DNA from: Spirochaetaceae bacterium
GTDB taxonomy: Bacteria > Spirochaetota > Spirochaetia > DSM-2461
Direction: 5' to 3'
Assembly (NCBI GenBank): GCA_051531975.1
Contig: JAOPTT010000005.1
Span: forward strand, 128,001-192,000
Length of the DNA: 64,000 nt
Numbering within the stretch: position 1 is the stretch's first letter; every line of letters begins with the position of its first letter. The notes below the pieces were generated by a model. The model saw nothing but the letters and a program-made list of their open reading frames with translations, made no database searches and was not told the origin of the DNA. A program made the position numbers and the translations under genes. Below, one piece after another: positions 9,662 to 19,603 of this stretch.

Positions 9662-11823
9662 TATGCCCTATCTAGGATTTCACCCTTAACACCAACTGGT
9701 GTTTTACAGTCTAGTATTTCAAGTAGTGCATGTTTGTCATTTAATATTGAACCAATAGCTGATAAAAACTGAATATGAGGCCCTGGATTAGATTTAGGTG
9801 ATACTATTAAAACTAATATTTTTGTTGGTTCTCCATCTAAAGAGTCAAAGTCCATACCTTCTTTACATAGTCCAATTACCGTTTTAATTGAAGCTACTGA
9901 ATCAGTTTTACAGTGGGGAATAGCGACACCATTTTGTAGACCGGTACTCATTAGTTTTTCTCTATCTAATACACCTTGTAGAACTTCAGCCTTATCAGAT
10001 ATGTCTCCATTTTTATATAAAATATTAACCATCTCTTTTAAAACATCATTTTTAACAGTAGATTTTAATTTAAGTCTTATAGTTTTTGGATTTATAGCTA
10101 ATTTTAATAGACTATGGTTTTTCCTACTCTCTGTATCACTTTCAAGCATATCTTTTTTCATCTCTTCAGGTTTTGCCATCTCCTGTAGTTTTTTAATTGT
10201 CTGGTTTAGATCAAGAAGTGCTTCGTAGACTATGGTTTTAACAAAAATAATATCCTCTTTATCAGAAATTATCTCTATCTCAGTCTCTGTATGATGGATT
10301 GTAAAAAATACATTGTCTTTACGTAGTTGGTAAATTCTATCACCATCGATTTCCATTTTATGACTAAAAAACCCTTCTGAAGTTAATGCTGATACAATTT
10401 TTGACATTGCTAAGTCAGTTAAAGAATCCGATGGATATTGGAACTTTGTAGCTATGGTATCACTACCTTTACTCTCACTTTTGGTCCCTTTTTGAGGAAT
10501 TTTAAGAAGTTTTGTTAAAATGGGTGGAGGAATTATTGTTGTTATTAATGTCATTAATACAGCAATTCCAAACATCTTTGGATCTAAAATACCACTACTA
10601 ACACCAATTCCTGCAATAATTAGGGCTACTTCTCCCCGTGGTACCATACCTGTCCCGATTCTCAGTGCACCAAGGAAATTAAAATTTAAAAATAACGACG
10701 GGATTCCACAACCTATAACTTTAGCTAAAATAGAGACTATTCCGTATATAAAACCTAATAGTAGAACTTCTTTACTAAGTAGTACATTTATATTTACCAT
10801 CATACCCATAACACAGAAGAAAACAGGGACTATAAATTCTGCTATTGGGTGAATTGCATCTTGAATTACAAAACTTATATCTGTTTTAGATAAACTTAAA
10901 CCTAGAACATATGCACCAATAATAAGTGCTAAACCAGCAGATTCAAATATACCAGCAAAAACTAATGCTAGAGCAACACCTGCAATGGCTATATTTATTT
11001 TGTCTTTGAATAATTTTAGAAATGAACTTATCTTTTTTGCAAAAATAAGGCCTAAAGCTGTGAAACCTAACCAAACAGCTACTGCTTTAAAAGCTATAAA
11101 TCCTATTGCACCCCAATCTATCTGAGCATGCTCATCTCCACCAGATAATACACTAACAATACCTAAAATTATTGCTAATATAATAATACCTAATACATCG
11201 TCGATTACTGCGGCGGCTAATATGGTTACACCTTCAGGAGAGTCCATTTTTCTCTGTTCTGAGAGTATTCTTGCTGTTATTCCTACACTAGTTGCAATAC
11301 TTAAAACACCTAAAAATAGTGTTATAGGATCCATTAGTTCTAAGCCCATAAATGTTGTTGCACACCAAACTCCTCCTGCAAAGGAGAATAGTACACCAGC
11401 TATACCAACTACTGCACCCTTTAATGAGTACCGCATAAATAGGTTTAAGTCTGTTTCTAAACCTGCGTGAAAAAGAAGTATTATTGAAGCAATTACCGAA
11501 ATAGACCAAAGCTCTATAGTTACTGGTACATTACCAGCGACTAATGGGAATATTCCATGAATAAAACCAGGTATAGGAATTGCTCCTAAAAAGTAGGGCC
11601 CTATTATGATTCCTGAGATCAATTCACCTAATACTGATGGTAATCCAATTTTTCCAAATAACCGGCCGATAAACTTTGCGACAAAGATTATAATACCAAC
11701 TTGGAATACTAACATTGTCATTTTATGAGTTAAACTTACCTCTTCTCCAGCTACAGTATTAGCAAATAGTGGAATTGTTAAAATAAGTAATAGAATTGTT
11801 AATAAAATAGATCTCTTTTTCAT
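9661..11823 (-). CDS. CPA2 cation:proton antiporter fused to a C-terminal PTS EIIA-like domain
   Basis: GLETD, ATSVGI, AAVIDD and GMVPRGEV in the TM region. C-terminal RE.LMSTG...GVAIPH is the EIIA(Fru/Ntr) phospho-His motif. Confidence 0.9.
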   Translation of the reverse strand: MKKRSILLTILLLILTIPLFANTVAGEEVSLTHKMTMLVFQVGIIIFVAKFIGRLFGKIGLPSVLGELISGIIIGPYFLGAIPIPGFIHGIFPLVAGNVPVTIELWSISVIASIILLFHAGLETDLNLFMRYSLKGAVVGIAGVLFSFAGGVWCATTFMGLELMDPITLFLGVLSIATSVGITARILSEQRKMDSPEGVTILAAAVIDDVLGIIILAIILGIVSVLSGGDEHAQIDWGAIGFIAFKAVAVWLGFTALGLIFAKKISSFLKLFKDKINIAIAGVALALVFAGIFESAGLALIIGAYVLGLSLSKTDISFVIQDAIHPIAEFIVPVFFCVMGMMVNINVLLSKEVLLLGFIYGIVSILAKVIGCGIPSLFLNFNFLGALRIGTGMVPRGEVALIIAGIGVSSGILDPKMFGIAVLMTLITTIIPPPILTKLLKIPQKGTKSESKGSDTIATKFQYPSDSLTDLAMSKIVSALTSEGFFSHKMEIDGDRIYQLRKDNVFFTIHHTETEIEIISDKEDIIFVKTIVYEALLDLNQTIKKLQEMAKPEEMKKDMLESDTESRKNHSLLKLAINPKTIRLKLKSTVKNDVLKEMVNILYKNGDISDKAEVLQGVLDREKLMSTGLQNGVAIPHCKTDSVASIKTVIGLCKEGMDFDSLDGEPTKILVLIVSPKSNPGPHIQFLSAIGSILNDKHALLEILDCKTPVGVKGEILDRA

Positions 11824-11830
11824 ACAGTTA

Positions 11831-11873
11831 TCCTTAATAATACTCTATGGTTACTTTAGATTATTATTAAGGA
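11831..11873 (-). other. 12-bp perfect inverted repeat covering the antiporter RBS
   Basis: TCCTTAATAATA (11831-11842) and TATTATTAAGGA (11862-11873). Confidence 0.6.
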
Positions 11874-11896
11874 TTTTTCAATGTACAAAGCTAGAT

Positions 11897-12787
11897 TTAG
11901 CCTTTTACTCCACCAATTGTTAAACCAGTTACAAAGTATTTTTGTAAAAATGGATAAACCAACATTATAGGTACAGCGGCTATTACTGTCATTGCAGCTC
12001 TTATAGATTTTGGAGTAACACCTCCAGAACCTGAACCACGTTTAGATTGGGCACTTAATTTACCACCTCTAGACGATTGTGCACTTTGTAGTTTCTTCAT
12101 TAATTCGTATTGTAGTGTTGTTAAACTTCTATCTTTAGATGCAAAGAAGTATGTATCAATCCATGTATTCCACTGATCAACTGCACCAAAAAGGGCTATT
12201 GTTGCTAATACTGGAACAGATAGTGGTAAAATGATCTGTATAAAGATTCTAAAATCACCAGCACCCTCAACTTTCGCAGCTTCTACTAAAGATTCAGGCA
12301 GACCCATAATATATGTTCTAATAATAATTATATGGAATGCAGATGATAACCAAGGTACCCAATATACATTAAAATTATTCATTAAACCAATGTCTCTTAT
12401 TAGGAAGTAGTAGGGGATTAGACCTCCACCAACATACATTGTTAATATCCACATTAAAGAGAATGCTCTTCTAAGTCGAAAGTTTTTTCTACTTAAAACA
12501 TATGCTACCATAGCTGCTGAAATTACCTGTGTTGCTGAACCTATAACTGTTCTTAATACAGAGTTAATAAAACCTGTTAATATTGCTGGTAGTTTAAAAA
12601 TGTTTTCGTAACTCTCTGTTGAAAATATTCTAGGGTAGAAGGTTATTCCACCTTTTATTGTATCTGTTGCATCGTTAAATGATACAGCAAGTATATTAAT
12701 AAACGGATATAATGTTATTACAATAAGGAATATTAGGACAATCAGTTTAATTGAATCAAAAATTATATTACTTTGTTTTTCTGTCAT
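11897..12787 (-). CDS. Carbohydrate ABC transporter permease (MalG/LplC-like)
   Basis: EAA loop LVEAAKVEGA, GGLIPYY and YPFLQKYF...G.VKG. Confidence 0.92.
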   Translation of the reverse strand: MTEKQSNIIFDSIKLIVLIFLIVITLYPFINILAVSFNDATDTIKGGITFYPRIFSTESYENIFKLPAILTGFINSVLRTVIGSATQVISAAMVAYVLSRKNFRLRRAFSLMWILTMYVGGGLIPYYFLIRDIGLMNNFNVYWVPWLSSAFHIIIIRTYIMGLPESLVEAAKVEGAGDFRIFIQIILPLSVPVLATIALFGAVDQWNTWIDTYFFASKDRSLTTLQYELMKKLQSAQSSRGGKLSAQSKRGSGSGGVTPKSIRAAMTVIAAVPIMLVYPFLQKYFVTGLTIGGVKG

Positions 12788-12796
12788 CAGTTTCTC

Positions 12797-13723
12797 CTAG
12801 AATAATCCATCTTCGCCAACTGCATGGGCGATTTTATTTGTTATAGTTATTAGTAAAATACTAACAATACTTTGGAATATTCCTGATGCTGCTGCAAATG
12901 AATATCTTAATTTTTGAAGACCATATTTTATTGCAAAAGTCTCAAAAACCTGGGATACATCTTGTACCAAACCATTTTCTAGTAGGAACATCTGCTCATA
13001 CCCTGCTGACATCAAATAACCAACATTCATAATTAAAAGAACAATAAATGTAGATTTAATACCAGGTAGTGTTACATGTACAATTCGCTGAATTCTACCT
13101 GCACCATCAATTTTTGCTGCTTCGTATAGCTGACTATCAATACCTGTCATAGCTGCTAAATATATAATTGCACCCCAACCAATCTCTTTCCAAATGTATG
13201 ATCCACCCATTAACCACCAGAAGTACTTCTGGATACCTAACCATAAAACTGGCTCATCAATTAGATTTAAAAACAGTAAAAATTCGTTTATCATACCACC
13301 GTCGGTAGATAACATCTCTTTAACTAAACTGGCTGTTACTACCCATGATATAAAGTGGGGTAGGGAAGTTATTGTCTGAGTTATCGATTTAAAAAACTTG
13401 TTTCTTGTCTCGTTTAATAATAGAGCCAAAAATATAGATGCTAAAGTTCCAAATACTAGTTTTATTATAGATATTGCAAGTGTATTTCTAAGTACTTGCT
13501 TAAAAAAAGGGTCTTCAAAAAGTGCCCTAAAATGTTTTAGTCCAACAAAATTGGATTCCAATATACCTTTTGATGGAATATAGTCCTGAAAGGCCATTAT
13601 CCAACCCCATATAGGTAGGTATTTAAATATAAACAGGTGTATTACAAATGGTAATATCATAAAAAGTAGAGCTTTGCTCTTCCATAAATCGTCAAAGAAA
13701 GCGGCGGTTTTGCTCTTCTGCAT
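12797..13723 (-). CDS. Carbohydrate ABC transporter permease (MalF/LplB-like)
   Basis: LPHFISWV, WKEIGW.AIIYLAA and LYEAAKIDGA. Confidence 0.92.
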   Translation of the reverse strand: MQKSKTAAFFDDLWKSKALLFMILPFVIHLFIFKYLPIWGWIMAFQDYIPSKGILESNFVGLKHFRALFEDPFFKQVLRNTLAISIIKLVFGTLASIFLALLLNETRNKFFKSITQTITSLPHFISWVVTASLVKEMLSTDGGMINEFLLFLNLIDEPVLWLGIQKYFWWLMGGSYIWKEIGWGAIIYLAAMTGIDSQLYEAAKIDGAGRIQRIVHVTLPGIKSTFIVLLIMNVGYLMSAGYEQMFLLENGLVQDVSQVFETFAIKYGLQKLRYSFAAASGIFQSIVSILLITITNKIAHAVGEDGLF

Positions 13724-13739
13724 ATTAGTTCTCCTGGGG

Positions 13740-13765
13740 TATTCCCCCGGTTTAAGGGGGGAGTA
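13740..13765 (-). terminator. GC-rich stem-loop between the SBP and permease genes (mRNA stabiliser or attenuator)
   Basis: TATTCCCCC-GGTTTAAG-GGGGGAGTA imperfect inverted repeat. Confidence 0.55.
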
Positions 13766-13769
13766 TGTT

Positions 13770-15416
13770 CTATTTGTTATCTATACCGTATCCAGCTAAT
13801 CTATCGTTAATAGCTTTTTGGTAAAAGTTCTTTTGAATCTCTAAATCAGATTCTGTTATTTGTGACATCCAATCAGCCCAAACGTTTTCAAATTCACCAG
13901 GCTCAGCAGTCATTGCTAAAGCACAAAACTTAGTTCTTAAGTCATATATTTTAGAACTAACTAAGTCCTCATCTGTTCCTGTTTGTGGAGAAATTGACCA
14001 TAATGGAGAGTAGAATGCTCTTGAGTTATCTACTTGACCAAATACTTCAGCAAAAACACCCATGTCATAAGCTTCTAGAACTTCTTTTTCAGTTTGTGTT
14101 AAACCTTGTTGGAAAACTGAAGGCTGCATTCCGTATCTAGTAGGGTTACCGTTATCGAATGTACCATCTGCAGAAGGTAGGAACTCGTAGAAGTATTTAG
14201 CACCATGAACAGGGAAGAACCAATCTCCGTTCTCGTCCCACATCTCTTTTTGTTCAAATGTCATGTGGAATTTACCATCAGCGTTAACTGAGTAGTTTTC
14301 ACCCTCGATACCCCAAGTACCAAGAACCATAATTTCTTCTGTAGCTAAAGCATCTAAGAACTTAATAGCTGCAATAGGATCTTCACATGAAGTTGTAATT
14401 GAAGTACCTAAACCAGTAGCTAAACCTTTAGCATAAGTATATTGCTCATCACCACCATCCCAAGTTAAAGGAAGACCAACAAAGATTCTTTCTGGGTGTT
14501 CTTTTTTAAGGATTTCTTGCGAAGCGTTCATAATCCAGAACTCGTCGAAGATACCTAAAACTCTACCAGAAGCAATTTTAGCTTGGTATTGATCTAAATC
14601 TGCAACAAAACCTTCTGGGTCAATAAGACCTTTGTTATATTGTTCGTTCATAAACTTGTAATATTTATGCTCGTCAGCACTTCCATCAAGAGGTGATACT
14701 CTCCATTTACCGTCAACATTATCGATAATTGGGTTATCAGAGTATTTACCAGCTAAAAGTGGAGATGCTGTATAGATATAGTCTCTGTACCAGTCATAAG
14801 TTAAGATTTCAAAACCAATAGTATCTTGTCCGTTAATAGTTGGATACTTTGTCTTGTAGTCTTCAATAAGTTTCCAGTAATCTTCGAACTTTCTAACTAC
14901 AGGCCAACCAGCATCTTCTAATACAGCTTTTTGAATCCACCAACCTTTATCTACGTCAGTATATTTAGTATCACCATAAGGGATTAGGTCAGGTAGGATA
15001 TAAATATTACCATCGTCTGTTTTTAAAGCTTCCCAATATACATCACCAATAAGTTTTTTTAAGTTTGGAGCATGAGTTTCAATTAAATCATTTAAAGGAA
15101 TTAGAGCACCAGCATCTAAAAATCTTGATTGCTCACCACGAGCATTTATAATATCTGGATAGTCTCCGGAAGCTAACATTATACCTGTTCTTGTTGGTAG
15201 TTCACCAACTAAGAATTCGAAGTTGTAATCAACATTTGCAATTTCAGCAACTGCATCTCCTACTTGAGTTCCATCTAATGGATAATCCGGCATTGCTTCA
15301 CCAATAAATATTGATAAAGTTGTTTTCCCATCTGTGTCAGCTTCTTTGTTTGAACCAGCAAAAGCTAAGACAGATACAAGTGATAATGCAATAATAGCAA
15401 TCAGTTGTTTTTTCAT
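13770..15416 (-). CDS. Extracellular sugar-binding protein (LplA-like)
   Basis: Signal peptide, MLASGDYPD and GALIPLNDLI. Lies upstream of two permeases. Confidence 0.9.
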   Translation of the reverse strand: MKKQLIAIIALSLVSVLAFAGSNKEADTDGKTTLSIFIGEAMPDYPLDGTQVGDAVAEIANVDYNFEFLVGELPTRTGIMLASGDYPDIINARGEQSRFLDAGALIPLNDLIETHAPNLKKLIGDVYWEALKTDDGNIYILPDLIPYGDTKYTDVDKGWWIQKAVLEDAGWPVVRKFEDYWKLIEDYKTKYPTINGQDTIGFEILTYDWYRDYIYTASPLLAGKYSDNPIIDNVDGKWRVSPLDGSADEHKYYKFMNEQYNKGLIDPEGFVADLDQYQAKIASGRVLGIFDEFWIMNASQEILKKEHPERIFVGLPLTWDGGDEQYTYAKGLATGLGTSITTSCEDPIAAIKFLDALATEEIMVLGTWGIEGENYSVNADGKFHMTFEQKEMWDENGDWFFPVHGAKYFYEFLPSADGTFDNGNPTRYGMQPSVFQQGLTQTEKEVLEAYDMGVFAEVFGQVDNSRAFYSPLWSISPQTGTDEDLVSSKIYDLRTKFCALAMTAEPGEFENVWADWMSQITESDLEIQKNFYQKAINDRLAGYGIDNK

Positions 15417-15539
15417 TTAAATCTCCTATAAATTATTATATTTCATTATCTCTCTGTTTATTTTAACGTGCAACAAGAAACAGTTTTGAATTTTGTCTAA
15501 TTTTTACATGAAAATAGTGGAAAAATTATAGGTTTATGT

Positions 15540-17057
15540 CTATTTTATAGCTTTTCGATACTGTTTTGGTGTGGTATTAAAGGTATTTTCAAACTTTTTC
15601 ATGAAATAATTTACATCTTGATACCCAACTCTGTTAGCTACTTCATATATTTTAATGTCAGTAGATGTCAAAAGTTCCTTTGCTTCAGTTAATCTAAGTT
15701 TGTGTAGGTAGGTATTAAAACTTTCACCAATCTCTTTCTTAAATATCTGACCTAGATAGGCGGAGTTTAGCCCCATAATGTCAGCAACATAACCTAAAGT
15801 TAGGTTTTCTTTGTAGTTTTCATCTATATAATTTTTTAATTCTTTTGCTGAATTTCCCTTACTATTAAGAATTTGTATTGAATTGATAGCTACAATCTTA
15901 AATTCCAGAAGTTTTGTTTCTAAATTATTAAGATAAATTTGCTCTTCTCTATTTATTATAAAACTCGCAGCAGAAATTATAGAATCTATATCTCCATTTA
16001 GATCAGTTACAGTTTTTATTATAGTATTTAGTAGTTTATTTAAGTGTATATAGATAATATCAGCAGAGAGGTAGCTTGATTTAAAAGTAGTTATTAACTC
16101 TTTGATTAGTTCCTCTGTAATTTTATCGTTCTTAATTATTCCCTTTGCAATTTTATCAACTAACTCTAGATCAGAATATTCGTAATTAAAATCTATATCT
16201 TGTATATCTTTATACTCAATTATAGTACCAATTTCTTTGTAATACCTATGTTCTGATGTCTTTATCGCATCTAATCTAGAGATGTTTAACTCTAATAGGT
16301 CTTGTCTTTTTGAACCAATATAAATAGAAACATCATAGTCATATCTGTTTAAAATTGATGAAATTAGAAACATAGAAAATCTACTTACACTATTACGATA
16401 CTCTCTGGTTAAACCGCTATGAATAAATAGGCCAAAATATGAATCCTTTTCATGGAGAACTGAGGTTGTAACATCTGGACCTATTATATCCTGTATTATA
16501 TCTTCAACTTTCTCTATGTTTATTTTTATCTGATGGAAATCTATTAATGCATAATAGAAACTTCTTTCATTTGTTAAACCAAGTTCTTTTTTAATATTAC
16601 TAATATCACTTTTTTTATTTCCATTTAAAATACCTTGTAGTAGGGATTTTATGTATAGTTTTTTAGGTATGATATTTTGATCGTTTATCTCATCAGTTTT
16701 TAATTTTATTAATGCTAACTCTAACTCGTCTTCATCAACAGGTTTTAAAAGATAGTCGCATGCTCCTAAATGTAGGGCTTCTTTCGCCATTGAGAATTCA
16801 CTATGTCCAGATAAAATAATAAAAGAGCAGGTGTCGCCACGATTTTTACACTCTCTAATAAGATCTAAACCAGAGACTTCAGGCATTTTTATATCTGTAA
16901 TAACTAATCTAGGTTTAAACTTTTCTATTAATAAAAGAGCTTCTCTTCCATTAGATGCTTCAGCAATTATTTCATATCCAAGAGCATTCCAATCAATTAT
17001 TAATTTAAGACCTTCTCTTATATTAGGTTCATCGTCTACTATTAAGGTTTTTATCAA
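15540..17057 (-). CDS. YesN-like response regulator (REC plus AraC HTH)
   Basis: IVDDE, TDIKMP and YLLKP. C-terminal AraC pattern (YLGQIFKK, IYEVA..VGY). Confidence 0.93.
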   Translation of the reverse strand: MIKTLIVDDEPNIREGLKLIIDWNALGYEIIAEASNGREALLLIEKFKPRLVITDIKMPEVSGLDLIRECKNRGDTCSFIILSGHSEFSMAKEALHLGACDYLLKPVDEDELELALIKLKTDEINDQNIIPKKLYIKSLLQGILNGNKKSDISNIKKELGLTNERSFYYALIDFHQIKINIEKVEDIIQDIIGPDVTTSVLHEKDSYFGLFIHSGLTREYRNSVSRFSMFLISSILNRYDYDVSIYIGSKRQDLLELNISRLDAIKTSEHRYYKEIGTIIEYKDIQDIDFNYEYSDLELVDKIAKGIIKNDKITEELIKELITTFKSSYLSADIIYIHLNKLLNTIIKTVTDLNGDIDSIISAASFIINREEQIYLNNLETKLLEFKIVAINSIQILNSKGNSAKELKNYIDENYKENLTLGYVADIMGLNSAYLGQIFKKEIGESFNTYLHKLRLTEAKELLTSTDIKIYEVANRVGYQDVNYFMKKFENTFNTTPKQYRKAIK

Positions 17058-18763
17058 CTTGTCTGCTCCACCAGTGTTAAAGGTATAGTTATAATTATTT
17101 GTGTTCCAATGTTAATTTCTGAGTTTATATCGAGTTTTAGTTCTGGATACTGCTTTTTTAATCTCCAATATGTATTAGAAAAACCTATATGTTTAGATTG
17201 AAGATTAAATACCTGCATTTCGTAATATAAACCTTCTATCTGTCGTAGGCTCATTCCAACACCGTTGTCATTAATTATTATAATTAAATCCTGTCTATTT
17301 TTTTTAATTGTAGTTTTCACGGTGCAGTTTTTTGTACTTTGTTCAATTCCATGAATACAACTATTTTCAATAAAAGGTTGTATTGTTAATCTTGGGATTT
17401 TTATACCTAGACAATTTGGTTCTACATCAAATTCAAAACTTAACTTCTCTGCAAATCGATATTTTTGTACTGCTAAAAAATCTTTTGCTATTTCTATCTC
17501 TTTTTCTATAGTTACAATACTTTCATCCCAAGATATTGTATGCCTAAATGATTTAGATAGGTGTTTAATTATATTTGCAGTCTCTTTTTCACCCTTTATA
17601 ACAGACTTCATTCTAATAGATTCTAATACGTTAAAAAGATAATGTGGGTTTATCTGACTAATTAGAGCTGTTAACTGAGCCTTGTTTTTCGATAATTCTA
17701 TATTTTTCTCTCTTAAATTAGCTTCTGTTACTTCACCTATTAATTTATCTATCTGATTTATCATTATATTATAACTTGTAGCTAATTCAGATATTTCATC
17801 TTTTTGTTCACCCTCGATTAGAACACTATTAAAGTGACCATCTTTAACAGATTTCATACTAATAGAGAGGCTATATATTCTTCGATAAAATGACCTTGAT
17901 AAGAGATAAATAAGTATAGAACCTAAAAGTACAGCCAGGAACAGCGGAATTATTATCGCTAAGTTATCAGTCGAAAATTGGTTTTCTATAAAATCTATTT
18001 TATTTAATCGACCTTCTAAACTCCAGCCAGATAATAGCCTCATATCTTCAAAATTATGTGTAATAATATTATTAGAATCTACGGTTATATTATTACTAGC
18101 TATAGTCTCATATTTACTTGAAAGTAGGGTTATCCCATTTTGGTCGGAAAAGAAATTTATATGTTTTTGGAGTTTTGAAATTGGTATATCTACTTTTAAT
18201 ATTGTATTAAATCTTTTATCTTTTGGAATTAAATAATCTAGTGCTCTAATTATAGATATATTATTAGGAGTGGAATTACTATAAAAAATATAACCTGTTT
18301 CATTACTATTTATATACTCTCTATACCATAATTCAGATTCTGTTGTATTGTCTATTCTTTTAATAATAGGGTCAGGTCTAAATGTACTGTTTTTTGTATA
18401 GATACTGTACTTCATATTGTAGGTTCTAAATTGATTTAAAATTGAATCAACTTTAAATATCCGATTCCTTTTTGTTAAATATTCATTTTGTGTTCTATTA
18501 TCATTTTGTATAAAATCTGATAACTCCTGATTTATATAAACTGAGTATATTATTTGTAGTGCTTCGTTAAATTCATTCTGAATAAGTATCGCTGTTTTTG
18601 CTAACTCATGTTCTATATATTTTTTATTGAAGTTTAGCTCTTTTATGTAGAGATTATAGGAAAATAGAGTATTGATGGTTATCATTGGTATCAAAAAACC
18701 AATTATATAAATTATTAAGAGTTTATTTCTAAGTTTCTGATCTCTAAATAGTTTAATTAACAT
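17054..18763 (-). CDS. YesM-like sensor histidine kinase
   Basis: Two TMs, HAMP, SQINPHYLFN.LE, QPFIEN and DNGVG. Confidence 0.93.
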   Translation of the reverse strand: MLIKLFRDQKLRNKLLIIYIIGFLIPMITINTLFSYNLYIKELNFNKKYIEHELAKTAILIQNEFNEALQIIYSVYINQELSDFIQNDNRTQNEYLTKRNRIFKVDSILNQFRTYNMKYSIYTKNSTFRPDPIIKRIDNTTESELWYREYINSNETGYIFYSNSTPNNISIIRALDYLIPKDKRFNTILKVDIPISKLQKHINFFSDQNGITLLSSKYETIASNNITVDSNNIITHNFEDMRLLSGWSLEGRLNKIDFIENQFSTDNLAIIIPLFLAVLLGSILIYLLSRSFYRRIYSLSISMKSVKDGHFNSVLIEGEQKDEISELATSYNIMINQIDKLIGEVTEANLREKNIELSKNKAQLTALISQINPHYLFNVLESIRMKSVIKGEKETANIIKHLSKSFRHTISWDESIVTIEKEIEIAKDFLAVQKYRFAEKLSFEFDVEPNCLGIKIPRLTIQPFIENSCIHGIEQSTKNCTVKTTIKKNRQDLIIIINDNGVGMSLRQIEGLYYEMQVFNLQSKHIGFSNTYWRLKKQYPELKLDINSEINIGTQIIITIPLTLVEQTS

Positions 18764-18991
18764 ATTATAATATATGTAATATCAATTATTACATCCTTAT
18801 TAAAAGTATTGTAAGTCTTTATATCATAATAAATTACATGATTCTTACGGTATATATTATAAATCAAAACTACTAATGTAGCAAGCTTAACTGTTTACAA
18901 CACCCTGATGGTCTATTTATTCTTATGTACTGTTGCACAGGAAATTTGAAACTACATTGTAAAACAAACATAATCAAAAATACATTTATTA

Positions 18992-19033
18992 AAATTTGGT
19001 AAATATAGATAATATACTTTATTTACCAAATTT
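18992..19033. repeat. Perfect 14-bp inverted repeat upstream of the chemosensory operon
   Basis: AAATTTGGTAAATA-N14-TATTTACCAAATTT. Confidence 0.7.
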
Positions 19034-19117
19034 ATTTTAGTATTGGTATTAGATTTGAAACTATATTAGAGTTTATATTAACTTATGTTTTTTTAACAAT
19101 TTAAAAAAGGAAACCTT

Positions 19118-19603
19118 ATGGTTAGTTCAGGAAAATCAAAATATCTTGTCTTTTATCTGGATGAAAATAGTTATGCTATATCACTATTCTCGGTTGTTAG
19201 AATAGTTCGCTCAGTTGAGATAACACCTCTTCCTAAGGCACCTGATATTATCTTGGGTCTTATCAACCTAAAAGGGCAGATTCTTCCTGTCATAAATGTT
19301 CGTAAGAGGTTTGATTATCCTATCAAAGAGATAGAACTTAGCGATAAATTAATTATATTGCAAACATCTGATCTGAATTGTGCTTTTTTGGTAACTGGAG
19401 TTGAGGGCATCCTTGAAGTTTCTGATGAAGATGTTGTTGCCCCAGGAGAAATCTTTTGTGGGATGGAATATGTACAAGGAGTAATCCGACAGGAAAAGGG
19501 TATTATCATAATTCATCAACTAGATAAAATCCTTTCAGGTCAGGAAGAGACATTGTTGAAGAAAGTGATTAATGAACCTTTTGAAAAGATGTTTAAATCA
19601 TGA
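19118..19603 (+). CDS. cheW: CheW-like adaptor (WspB-like)
   Basis: ITPLPKAP...GLINLKGQILPV. Confidence 0.92.
   Translation: MVSSGKSKYLVFYLDENSYAISLFSVVRIVRSVEITPLPKAPDIILGLINLKGQILPVINVRKRFDYPIKEIELSDKLIILQTSDLNCAFLVTGVEGILEVSDEDVVAPGEIFCGMEYVQGVIRQEKGIIIIHQLDKILSGQEETLLKKVINEPFEKMFKS

Noticed and set aside
11897..15416. Missing ATPase gene in this and the second sugar ABC cluster
   Set aside because: Common for CUT1 transporters that share an MsmK-type ATPase.
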